This document shows, in pieces, positions 51,909 through 63,222 of a DNA stretch of 64,000 nt; position 1 is the stretch's first letter, and the number at the start of each line of letters is the position of its first letter. The notes beneath the pieces are model-generated. The model was not told where the DNA came from. It saw only the letters and a program-made list of their open reading frames with translations, and ran no database searches. Origin of the DNA: Flectonema sp. DT1601 (Eukaryota); the NCBI GenBank assembly GCA_964019425.1, contig OZ025780.1:1488001-1552000 (forward strand), given 5' to 3'. A program made the position numbers and the translations under genes.

Positions 51909-53480
51909 GATGTTCAGATCAAGCGGATCGAAGCGTGCTTGCGTCATCTACGGATAAGACTCACTGGTTGCTCGTTCTCGACGAAGGATGTGGTGCTCAC
52001 AGTTGAGTCGCGAATTCCACCGCTGCAACAAACGATATCTAGGCTCCTTGCCCTAGTTCATGAAGATCTGCTAAGGCGACAACCTGAATGTCCTTCATGG
52101 AGGCTGTTTAACGGTGGTGAGAAGAAGAGACCATGGCAGACTAGAGTTGAAGCCTGTTCCTCGGAATTTTCTCTGTCAGAGCTTAGGTCCCAGAAAGTTC
52201 TGCCACATCAGTATCCTCCGTGGTCGAAGCATCCTCCTTTGGTTGTAAACACGTCCTGCGGTTATGACAAGACTGACACACCTGAGGAGAAGTATGCTGT
52301 GGCGATGACGACCCTCAATGAACTGCCCCCGTGTGTTGCTGAAGTCTACACTGATGCCTCGGTCTTCCATGACGAGGAGCGGGGATTATTATGTGGGGGG
52401 GCTGCTGTTCTGCTAGTTGCTGGCAAGGTCATTGAGAAGCTCTCCAAGTTCCAACCGTCCCTCACGATTTACAATGCAGAACAACTAGCACTATTGTCAG
52501 CCCTTGAACTACTAGAGGAGAATCTTCATGTTGTTTCGCATGGCGTGATTCATATTTTCAGTGATTGTCAGTCGGCGCTTGCCTCCCTGCATAGGGGGCC
52601 ATCCAGGCAGTCATCATCAACAAATCGTGAGATTTTTGAACGCTCAGTGCTTCTTGATAGGCCGTTGATTTTCCAGCATGTCCCATCTCATTGTGGCATT
52701 GCAGGGAATGAACTGGCTGATACACTGGCAAAGAAGGCAGCCTTGCAATCAGTTGACCCTGAACTAACTCCGTATGATTTCAGGATGGCTCAATGTTGTA
52801 TTAAGAAACAAGCAAATTGGAAGGCTATGGGTACTGTGGACTCTTCGCATTCATACAGCAAAGCGACTCTAGGATCTGGCCCTCAACGTTTCCTTCCCTG
52901 TCTCACTAGGGGCCAGGAGGTAGAATTGTCTCGTCTGCGAACCTCTCACCACAGGCTTGTAAAGCTGCCGAGGGTCACTGCGGGCTTTAAATGTTGTCTG
53001 TTCTGTGGCTTTCAGGATACCTCAACTGAGCATCTGCTGCTTGAATGCGTTGAGACCAGGGAATTAGTAAAGCAAACCATGAGATTTCCGACACCTGATG
53101 ATGAGCTATCTCTGGATATGTTCTTTCGAACCGAATGGCAGCCTTTCACGTTGTTATTGATCAGCAAGCTTGATAATCATCTTAAAGAGTTATCTGACAA
53201 TCCGTTGTTGTTGAAGTTTCCGCTTCAGGGTATTTTTGTGAGGAAGAAACTAATCACACACATCGAAAGGAAGACAAGTTTCTCGCTACTGGGTTCTGAT
53301 GTGAAGGAATATGTTATGGAACTTATTGATAACGCTTATAAAGCTACCGATTTAAATGTTGTTATTGACGACCTTTCTATGGTTAATGTGCTGGTCAATC
53401 CTAGCTGGTCGGAATCCAAGCTTTCTAAGTTCCTCTCTCACCTAAGTCGCCTCCTGCGAAGTAATCCCCGAGGTAGATAA
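51909..53480 (+). CDS. LINE ORF2 part 4: connection, RNase H, CCHC zinc knuckle, C-terminal extension
   Basis: VYTDAS, YNAEQLAL, IFSDCQSAL, HVPSHCGIAGNELADTLAK; LSRLRTSH; CLFCG....STEHLLLEC. Confidence 0.95.
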   Translation, partial: DVQIKRIEACLRHLRIRLTGCSFSTKDVVLTVESRIPPLQQTISRLLALVHEDLLRRQPECPSWRLFNGGEKKRPWQTRVEACSSEFSLSELRSQKVLPHQYPPWSKHPPLVVNTSCGYDKTDTPEEKYAVAMTTLNELPPCVAEVYTDASVFHDEERGLLCGGAAVLLVAGKVIEKLSKFQPSLTIYNAEQLALLSALELLEENLHVVSHGVIHIFSDCQSALASLHRGPSRQSSSTNREIFERSVLLDRPLIFQHVPSHCGIAGNELADTLAKKAALQSVDPELTPYDFRMAQCCIKKQANWKAMGTVDSSHSYSKATLGSGPQRFLPCLTRGQEVELSRLRTSHHRLVKLPRVTAGFKCCLFCGFQDTSTEHLLLECVETRELVKQTMRFPTPDDELSLDMFFRTEWQPFTLLLISKLDNHLKELSDNPLLLKFPLQGIFVRKKLITHIERKTSFSLLGSDVKEYVMELIDNAYKATDLNVVIDDLSMVNVLVNPSWSESKLSKFLSHLSRLLRSNPRGR

Positions 53481-53583
53481 TGAACGTCTCTTTCCTCTAG
53501 TGTAATTTCTTATTTTATTTATTAGAATTCCTCAATTCTTCCGTCATGGTCATGACATTCTTTTTCGTTTCTCTAATGCACAA

Positions 53584-53678
53584 GAGATACCATCACTCAT
53601 GAGATACCAACGCACATACGAGATACCAGCACTCCAGAGATACCGACACGCTAGAGATACCAAGTCACTTGAGATACC
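53584..53678 (+). repeat. Six GAGATACC boxes with variable 9-11 bp spacers
   Basis: Starts at 53584, 53601, 53620, 53637, 53654 and 53671; counterpart on the minus strand at 49239-49333. Confidence 0.9.
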
Positions 53679-54240
53679 TCCTTGTAAATTAATTCCCGGT
53701 ATTTCAAATTTGAATTGATAGTGTCAACTCTGCTTGCTGCTCTTGTTAATGTGTTGTCTCCTGAAAGTGATCTTAACTCCTGTAAAAAGAAAAAAAAAAA
53801 GAAATCAAAAAAGAAGAATTTTCAAACGAAGTTATAACAACCCCTACCACCCATTATGATCAATTCCGCTTGTTTTTTTTTTTTTTTAAAACAAAAAAAA
53901 AAATAAAAAATTATAAAAGATTAAACAATGTTATCATTGTATTTTTATCGATCGACTATGTCGATTACTTTCTATTTTCCGTCCTGGTCAAGACGCTAAA
54001 CTGATTGTTTTTTTTTTTTTTTTTCAAAATTAATAAAAAAGAATATAAAAAAAAAAATAAAAAAAAGAATAAACAATGTTATCATTGTTTTTTTATCGAT
54101 CGACTATGTCGATTACTTTCTATTTTCCGTCCTGGTCAAGACGCTAAACTGATTGTTTTTTTTTTTTTCAAAATTAATAAAAAAGAATAAAAAAAAAAAA
54201 AATAAAAAAAAGAATAAACAATGTTATCATTGTTTTTTTA

Positions 54241-54280
54241 AGACGCTAAACTGATTGTTTTTTCTTTAAAAAAAAAAAAG

Positions 54281-54314
<34 letters not shown>

Positions 54315-55088
54315 AATAAACAATGTTATCATTGTTTTTTTTTATCGATCGACTATGTCGATCACTTTCTATTTTCCGTCCTGGTCAAGACGCTAAACTG
54401 ATTGTTTTTTTTTCAAAATTAATAAAAAAGAATATAAAAAAAAAAAATAAAAAAAAAAGAATAAACAATGTTATCATTGTTTTTTTTTTATCGTTCGACT
54501 TTGTCGACTAATTTCTATTTTCCGTTTTTTTTCTTTTTAAAATAAAAAGAATTTAAAAAAAAAAAAAAAAAAAAGAGTAAACAATGTTATCATTGTTTTT
54601 TTTTATCGATCGACTATGTCGATTACTTTCTATTTTCCGTCCTAGTCAAGACGCTAAACTGATTGTTTTTTTTTCAAAATTAATAAAAAAGAATAAAAAA
54701 AAACAAAAAAAAAAAGAATAAACAATGTTATCATTGTTTTTTTTTTATCGTTCGACTTTGTCGACTAATTTTTATTTTCCGTTTTTTTTTCTTTAAAAAT
54801 AAATAAAAAGAATTTAAAAAAAAAAAAAAAAAAAGAATAAACAATGTTATCATTGTTTTTTTATCGATCGACTATGTCGATCACTTTCTATTTTCCGTCC
54901 TGGTCAAGACGCTAAACTGATTGTTTTTTCTTTAAAATAATAAAAAGGATTAAAAAAAAAAAAAAAAAAAAAAAGAATAAACAATGTTATCATTGTTTTT
55001 TATCGATCGACTATGTCGATCACTTTCTATTTTCCGTCCTGGTCAAGACGCTAAACTGATTGTTTTTTCTTTAAAAAATAATTAAAAG

Positions 55089-55127
<39 letters not shown>

Positions 55128-56249
55128 ATAAACAATGTTATCATTGTTTTTTTATCGATCGACTATGTCGATCACTTTCAATTTTCCGTCCTGGTCAGGA
55201 CGCTAAACTGATTGTTTTTTCTTTAAAAATAAATAAAAAGAATAAAAAAAAAAAAAAAAAAAAAGGAATAAACAATGTTATCATTGTTTTTTTTTTATCG
55301 ATCGACTATGTCGATTACTTTCTATTTTCCACCCTGGTCAAGACGCTAAACTGATTGTTTTTCTTTAAAATAATTAAAAGGATTTAAAAAAAAAAAAAAA
55401 AAAAAAAAAGAATAAACAATGTTATCATTGTTTTTTTTCTATCGATCGACTATGTCGATCACTTTCAATTTTCCGTCCTGGTCAGGACGCTAAACTGATT
55501 GTTTTTTCTTTAAAAATAAATAAAAAGAATAAAAAAAAAAAAAAAAAAAAAAAGGAATAAACAATGTTATCATTGTTTTTTTTCTATCGATCGACTATGT
55601 CGATCACTTTCAATTTTCCGTCCTGGTCAGGACGCTAAACTGATTGTTTTTTCTTTAAAAATAAATAAAAAGAATAAAAAAAAAAAAAAAAAAAAAAGGA
55701 ATAAACAATGTTATCATTGTTTTTTTTCTATCGATCGACTATGTCGATTAATTTCTATTTTCCGTCCTGATCGAGACGCTAAACTGATTGTTTCTTTTTT
55801 TAAATAATAAATAAAAAAAAAAAGAAAAAAAAAAAAAAAAAAAGAGCATCTCCCTGCTATCCTCATATCCCCACAATAATATTATACCTTTTCATTTTCT
55901 CTTTCCTTTTCTGGTCTTTTTTTTTTCTTTTTTTCCTTTTTCATACAACGTTTTTTATTTATATTTTATTTTTTTTTTTTTTTTTTCATGTTTGATTATT
56001 TCCTCTTCATTTTTTTTTCTATTCTTTCTTTTTTTTTTTTTTTTTTTTTTTTTTTTCTCTACCTCTCTCTTAATTCTGTTCGTTTCTTTGAAACGAAAAT
56101 TCATTTGAATATTATTCCTTGGTCAGCAACCATCATTGTCGCCCTTTGGGCCTGTTAAAAAAAAAAAAAAAATAAAAAGAAAGTTTACATCGGGAATAGG
56201 GCAGGAGCCAAAAGCTCCCAGTCCGTTACTTCCCACCTTTTCGAAATTC
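54241..56249 (+). mobile_element. Element A inner copy with 15-bp TSD ATCATTGTTTTTTTA
   Basis: The TSD lies at 54226-54240 and 56250-56264; fixed end at 56249. Confidence 0.85.
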
Positions 56250-57417
56250 ATCATTGTTTTTTTATCGTTCGACTTTGTCGACTAATTTCTATTTTCCGTT
56301 TTTCTTCTTAAAAAATAAATAAAAAGAATTTAAAAAAAAAAAAAAAAAAAAAAGAATAAACAATGTTATCATTGTTTTTTTATCGATCGACTATGTCGAT
56401 TACTTTCTATTTTCCGTCCTGGTCAAGACGCTAAACTGATTGTTTTTTTTTTTTTCAAAATTAATAAAAAAGAATAAAAAAAAAAAAAATAAAAAAAAGA
56501 ATAAACAATGTTATCATTGTTTTTTTATCGTTCGACTTTGTCGACTAATTTCTATTTTCCGTTTTTTTTTCTTAAAAAATAAATAAAAAGAATTTAAAAA
56601 AAAAAAAAAAAAAAGAATAAACAATGTTATCATTGTTTTTTTATCGATCGACTTTGTCAACTAATTTCTATTTTCCGTCCTGGTCAAGACGCTAAACTGA
56701 TTGTTTTTTCTAAATAAATAAAAAGAATAAAAAAAAAAAAAAAAAAAAAAGATTAAACAATGTTATCATTGTTTTTTTTTATCGATCGACTATGTCGATT
56801 ACTTTCTATTTTCCGTCCTGGTCAGGACGCTAAACTGATTGTTTTTTCTTTAAAAAATAAATAAAAAGAATAAAAAAAAAAAAAAAAATAAAAAAAGAAT
56901 AAACAATGTTATCATTGTTTTTTTATCGATCGACTATGTCGATCACTTTCTATTTTCCGTCCTGGTCAAGACGCAAAACTGATTGTTTTTTTTCAAAATT
57001 AATAAAAAAGAATACAAAAAAAAATTAAAAAAAAAAGAATAAACAATGTTATCATTGTTTTTTTTTTATCGTTCGACGTTGTTGACTAATTTCTATTTTC
57101 CGTTTTTTTTTTTTCTTTTTAAAAAATAAATAAAAAGATTTAAAAAAAAAAAAAAAGAATAAACAATGTTATCATTGTTTTTTTTATCGATCGACTATGT
57201 CGATTACTTTCTATTTTCCGTCCTGGTCAGGACGCTAAACTGATTGTTTTTTCTTGAAAAAATAAATAAAAAGAATAAAAAAAAAAAAAAAAAAAAAAAA
57301 AAGAATAAACAATGTTATCATTGTTTTGTTATCGATCGACTTTGTCGACTAATTTCTATTTTCCGTCCTGGTCAAGACGCTAAACTGATGTTTTTTCTTT
57401 AAAAAATAAATAAAAAG

Positions 57418-57451
<34 letters not shown>

Positions 57452-59051
57452 TAAACAATGTTATCATTGTTTTTTTATCGATCGACTATGTCGATCACTT
57501 TCTATTTCCCGTCCTGGTCAGGACGCTAAACTGATTGTTTTTTCTTTAAAAATAAATAAAAAGAATAAAAAAAAAAAAAAAAGGAATAAACAATGTTATC
57601 ATTGTTTTTATTTTATCGATCGACTATGTCGATTACTTTCTATTTTCCGTCCTGGTCAAGACGCTAAACTGATTGTTTTTTCTTTAAAAAATAAAAAGAA
57701 GGATTTAAAAAAAAAAAAAAAAAAAAAAAAGAATAAACAATGTTATCATTGTTTTTTTATCGATCGACTATGTCGATCACTTTCTATTTTTCGTCCTGGT
57801 CAAGACGCTAAACTGATTGTTTTTTCTTTAAAAATAATAAAAAGGATTAAAAAAAAAAAAAAAAAAAGAATAAACAATGTTATCATTGTTTTTTTATCGA
57901 TCGACTATGTCGATCACTTTCTATTTTCCGTCCTGGTCAAGACGCAAAACTGATTGTTTTTTTTCAAAATTAATAAAAAAGAATACAAAAAAAAATAAAA
58001 AAAAAAGAATAAACAATGTTATCATTGTTTTTTTTTTTATCGTTCGACGTTGTTGACTAATTTCTATTTTCCGTTTTTTTTTTTCTTTTTAAAAAATAAA
58101 TAAAAAGATTTAAAAAAAAAAAAAAAGAATAAACAATGTTATCATTGTTTTTTTTATCGATCGACTATGTCGATTACTTTCTATTTTCCGTCTTGGTCAG
58201 GACGCTAAACTGATTGTTTTTTCTTTAAAAAAAAAAAAAGGATTTAAAAAAAAAAAAAAAAAAGAAAAAAAAAAGAATAAACAATGTTATCATTGTTTTT
58301 TTTTATCGATCGACTATGTCGATCACTTTCTATTTTCCGTCCTGGTCAAGACGCTAAACTGATTGTTTTTTTTTTAAAAATTAATAAAAAAGAATATAAA
58401 AAAAAAAAATAAAAAAAAAAGAATAAACAATGTTATCATTGTTTTTTTTTTATCGTTCGACTTTGTCGACTAATTTCTATTTTCCGTTTTTTTTCTTTTT
58501 AAAATAAAAAGAATTTAAAAAAAAAAAAAAAAAAAGAGTAAACAATGTTATCATTGTTTTTTTTTATCGATCGACTATGTCGATTACTTTCTATTTTCCG
58601 TCCTAGTCAAGACGCTAAACTGATTGTTTTTTTTTCAAAATTAATAAAAAAGAATAAAAAAAAACAAAAAAAAAAAGAATAAACAATGTTATCATTGTTT
58701 TTTTTTTATCGTTCGACTTTGTCGACTAATTTTTATTTTCCGTTTTTTTTTCTTTAAAAATAAATAAAAAGAATTTAAAAAAAAAAAAAAAAAAAAGAAT
58801 AAACAATGTTATCATTGTTTTTTTATCGATCGACTATGTCGATCACTTTCTATTTTCCGTCCTGGTCAAGACGCTAAACTGATTGTTTTTTCTTTAAAAT
58901 AATAAAAAGGATTAAAAAAAAAAGAAAAAAAAAAAAAGAATAAACAATGTTATCATTGTTTTTTATCGATCGACTATGTCGATCACTTTCTATTTTCCGT
59001 CCTGGTCAAGACGCTAAACTGATTGTTTTTTCTTTAAAAAATAATTAAAAG

Positions 59052-59084
<33 letters not shown>

Positions 59085-59735
59085 AATAAACAATGTTATC
59101 ATTGTTTTTTTATCGATCGACTATGTCGATCACTTTCAATTTTCCGTCCTGGTCAGGACGCTAAACTGATTGTTTTTTCTTTAAAAATAAATAAAAAGAA
59201 TAAAAAAAAAAAAAAAAAAAAAAGAATAAACAATGTTATCATTGTTTTTTTATCGATCGACTATGTCGATCACTTTCTATTTTTCGTCCTGGTCAAGACG
59301 CTAAACTGATTGTTTTTTCTTTAAAAATAATAAAAAGGATTAAAAAAAAAAAAAAAAAAAGAATAAACAATGTTATCATTGTTTTTTTATCGATCGACTA
59401 TGTCGATCACTTTCTATTTTCCGTCCTGGTCAAGACGCAAAACTGATTGTTTTTTTTCAAAATTAATAAAAAAGAATACAAAAAAAAATAAAAAAAAAAG
59501 AATAAACAATGTTATCATTGTTTTTTTTTTTATCGTTCGACGTTGTTGACTAATTTCTATTTTCCGTTTTTTTTTTTCTTTTTAAAAAATAAATAAAAAG
59601 ATTTAAAAAAAAAAAAAAAGAATAAACAATGTTATCATTGTTTTTTTTATCGATCGACTATGTCGATTACTTTCTATTTTCCGTCTTGGTCAGGACGCTA
59701 AACTGATTGTTTTTTCTTTAAAAAAAAAAAAAGGA

Positions 59736-59768
<33 letters not shown>

Positions 59769-60546
59769 GAATAAACAATGTTATCATTGTTTTTTTTTAT
59801 CGATCGACTATGTCGATCACTTTCTATTTTCCGTCCTGGTCAAGACGCTAAACTGATTGTTTTTTTTTTAAAAATTAATAAAAAAGAATATAAAAAAAAA
59901 AAATAAAAAAAAAAGAATAAACAATGTTATCATTGTTTTTTTTTTATCGTTCGACTTTGTCGACTAATTTCTATTTTCCGTTTTTTTTCTTTTTAAAATA
60001 AAAAGAATTTAAAAAAAAAAAAAAAAAAAGAGTAAACAATGTTATCATTGTTTTTTTTTATCGATCGACTATGTCGATTACTTTCTATTTTCCGTCCTAG
60101 TCAAGACGCTAAACTGATTGTTTTTTTTTCAAAATTAATAAAAAAGAATAAAAAAAAACAAAAAAAAAAAGAATAAACAATGTTATCATTGTTTTTTTTT
60201 TATCGTTCGACTTTGTCGACTAATTTTTATTTTCCGTTTTTTTTTCTTTAAAAATAAATAAAAAGAATTTAAAAAAAAAAAAAAAAAAAAAGAATAAACA
60301 ATGTTATCATTGTTTTTTTATCGATCGACTATGTCGATCACTTTCTATTTTCCGTCCTGGTCAAGACGCTAAACTGATTGTTTTTTCTTTAAAATAATAA
60401 AAAGGATTAAAAAAAAAAGAAAAAAAAAAAAAGAATAAACAATGTTATCATTGTTTTTTATCGATCGACTATGTCGATCACTTTCTATTTTCCGTCCTGG
60501 TCAAGACGCTAAACTGATTGTTTTTTCTTTAAAAAATAATTAAAAG

Positions 60547-60581
<35 letters not shown>

Positions 60582-61100
60582 ATAAACAATGTTATCATTG
60601 TTTTTTTATCGATCGACTATGTCGATCACTTTCAATTTTCCGTCCTGGTCAGGACGCTAAACTGATTGTTTTTTCTTTAAAAATAAATAAAAAGAATAAA
60701 AAAAAAAAAAAAAAAAAAAGGAATAAACAATGTTATCATTGTTTTTTTTTTATCGATCGACTATGTCGATTACTTTCTATTTTCCGCCCTGGTCAAGACG
60801 CTAAACTGATTGTTTTTTCTTTAAAATAATTAAAAGGATTTAAAAAAAAAAAAAAAAAAAAAAGAATAAACAATGTTATCATTGTTTTTTTTCTATCGAT
60901 CGACTATGTCGATCACTTTCAATTTTCCGTCCTGGTCAGGACGCTAAACTGATTGTTTTTTCTTTAAAAATAAATAAAAAGAATAAAAAAAAAAAAAAAA
61001 AAAAAGGAATAAACAATGTTATCATTGTTTTTTTTCTATCGATCAACTATGTCGATTAATTTCTATTTTCCGTCCTGATCGAGACGCTAAACTGATTGTT
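56250..61100. repeat. ~100-125 bp satellite array of element A (largest block; others at 32750-33940, 40496-43637, 44092-44609, 45568-48930, 53920-55793, 61821-63050)
   Basis: Unit CAATCAGTTTAGCGTCTTGACCAGGACGGAAAATAGAAAGTRATCGACATAGTCGATCGAT(A)nCAATGATAACATTGTTTATTC(T)n, alternating with a shorter GTCGACAAAGTCGAACGAT variant. Confidence 0.95.
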
Positions 61101-61115
61101 TCCTTTTTTTAAATA

Positions 61116-61155
<40 letters not shown>

Positions 61156-61545
61156 ATCTCCCTGCTATCCTCATATCCCCACAATAATATTATACCTTTT
61201 CATTTTCTCTTTCCTTTTCTGGTCTTTTTTTTTTTCTTTTTTTCCTTTTTCATACAACGTTTTTTATTTTTATTTTTTTTTTTTTTTTCATGTTTGATTA
61301 TTTCCTCTTCATATTTTTTTTCTATTCTTTCTTTTTTTTTTTTTTTTTTTTTCTCTACCTCTCTCTTAATTCTGTTCGTTACTTTGAAACGAAAATTCAT
61401 TTGAATATTATTCCTTGGTCAGCAACCATCATTGTCGCCCTTTGGGCCTGTTAAAAAAAAAAAAAAAATAAAAAGAAAGTTTACATCGGGAATAGGGCAG
61501 GAGCCAAAAGCTCCCAGTCCGTTACTTCCCACCTTTTCGAAATTC

Positions 61546-61820
61546 ATCATTTCTCTTTCTTATCATTACTTTATTTCTTATTTTCTGATCTAATGTGGCG
61601 TGTTCTCCCTCTCTTTGGCGAAAATTGGCGTTATCAGCCGTCTCTAACACTGTCTGCTCGCGTGGACGGTGGGTTTAGGTAGTCATTTGTTCCAGGTTAT
61701 TCTACGTCTCTTATCGTCTGTGAGAGTCTCACGGTTGCTGGTAGCGATATAACTGTTACTCTGTGAGCTTTTCCTGGCTTTTGGCTTCCTAGGCTTCGTA
61801 AATAAATAAATAAATAAATA
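61546..61820 (+). other. Distal LINE 3' UTR and (TAAA)5 tail
   Basis: Unique sequence ending in TAAA repeats (61799-61820), after which the satellite unit interrupted at 33941 resumes. Confidence 0.8.
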
Positions 61821-61903
61821 TTTATTTTTAAAGAAAAAAAACGGAAAATAGAAATTAGTCAACAAAGTCGAACGATAAAAAAAACAATGATAACATTGTT
61901 TAT

Positions 61904-61941
<38 letters not shown>

Positions 61942-62083
61942 TTCTTTTTTATTAATTTTGAAAAAAAAAACAATCAGTTTAGCGTCTTGACCAGGACGGA
62001 AAATAGAAAGTAATCGACATAGTCGATCGATAAAAAAACAATGATAACATTGTTTATTCTTTTTTTTTATTTTAAATTCTTTT

Positions 62084-62920
62084 AACTGATTGTTTTTTTT
62101 TCAAAATAAAAAAAAATATTAAAAAAAAAAAAATAAAAAAAAAGAATAAACAATGTTATCATTGTTTTTTTTTATCGTTCGACTTTGTTGACTAATTTCT
62201 ATTTTCCGTTTTTTATTCTTTAAAAAATAAATAAAAAGAATTTAAAAAAAAAAAAAAAAAAAAGAATAAACAATGTTATCATTGTTTTTTTTATCGATCG
62301 ACTATGTCGATTACTTTCTATTTTCCGTCCTGGTCAAGACGCTAAACTGATTGTTTTTTTTTCAAAATTAATAAAAAAGAATATAAAAAAAATAAAAAAA
62401 AAAAGAATAAACAATGTTATCATTGTTTTTTTTTTATCGTTCGACTTTGTTGACTAATTTCTATTTTCCATTTTTTTTCTTTTTAAAAATAAATAAAAAG
62501 AATTAAAATATAAAAAAAAAAAAAAAGAATAAACAATGTTATCATTGTTTTTTTTATCGATCGACTATGTCGATTACTTTCTATTTTCCGTCCTGGTCAA
62601 GACGCTAAACTGATTGTTTTTTTTTCAAAATTAATAAAAAAGAATATAAAAAAAATAAAAAAAAAAAGAATAAACAATGTTATAATTGTTTTTTTTTATC
62701 GATCGACTATGTCGATTACTTTCTATTTTCCGTCCTGGTCAGGACGATAAACTGATTGTTTTTTCTTTAAAAATAAATAAAAAGAATAAAAAAAAAAAAA
62801 AAAGGAATAAACAATGTTATCATTGTTTTTTTTTTATCGATCGACTATGTCGATTACTTACTATTTTCCGTCCTGGTCAAGACGCTAAACTGAATGTTTT
62901 TTCTTTAAAATAATTAAAAA

Positions 62921-62953
<33 letters not shown>

Positions 62954-63222
62954 TGAATAAACAATGTTATCATTGTTTTTTTTTCTATCGATCAACTATG
63001 TCGATTAATTTCTATTTTCCGTCCTGATCGAGACGCTAAACTGATTGTTTCCTTTTTTTAAATAATAAATAAGAAAAAAAAAAAAAAAAAAAAAAGAGCA
63101 TCTCCCTGCTATCCCCCATATCCCCACAATAATATTATACCTTTTCATTTTCTCTTTCCTTTTCTGGTCTTTTTTTTTTCTTTTTTTTCCTTTTTCATAC
63201 AACGTTTTTTATTTATATATAT
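62084..63222 (+). mobile_element. Element A copy (inverted relative to its host), interrupted in its head by transposon X'
   Basis: Satellite orientation flips at 62084; head sequence 63050-63222. Confidence 0.85.

Larger units (their letters stand above)
53576..61545 (+). mobile_element. Long element A copy in the LINE 3' UTR, containing a second same-orientation A copy
   Basis: 53576-53870 is a diverged reverse complement of 49000-49340; satellite follows; fixed end at 61545. The left boundary is approximate. Confidence 0.8.
33942..61820 (+). mobile_element. Full-length non-LTR retrotransposon (I/Ingi-like group: ORF1 + APE-RT-RNase H-CCHC), ~6.3 kb when reassembled from 6 pieces
   Basis: Pieces 33942-34273, 35169-37655, 44610-45114, 50077-51117, 51909-~53575 and 61546-61820 are collinear and in canonical domain order; (TAAA)n tail. 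Confidence 0.9.
29776..62083 (-). mobile_element. Element A outer copy (pieces 29776-30064, 32575-33941, 61821-62083) hosting two DNA transposons and the LINE
   Basis: Fixed end at 29776; the head sequence resumes at 32575; the satellite unit interrupted at ~33941 resumes at 61821. Confidence 0.75.

Noticed and set aside
53584..53678. CRISPR-like repeat-spacer pattern
   Set aside because: The 8-bp repeats and 9-11 bp spacers are far too short, the spacers resemble each other, there are no cas genes, and the context is eukaryotic.
27853..63202. Many Lys-rich or Phe-rich short ORFs in element A heads and satellites
   Set aside because: Products of homopolymer tracts; the frames are not conserved between copies.
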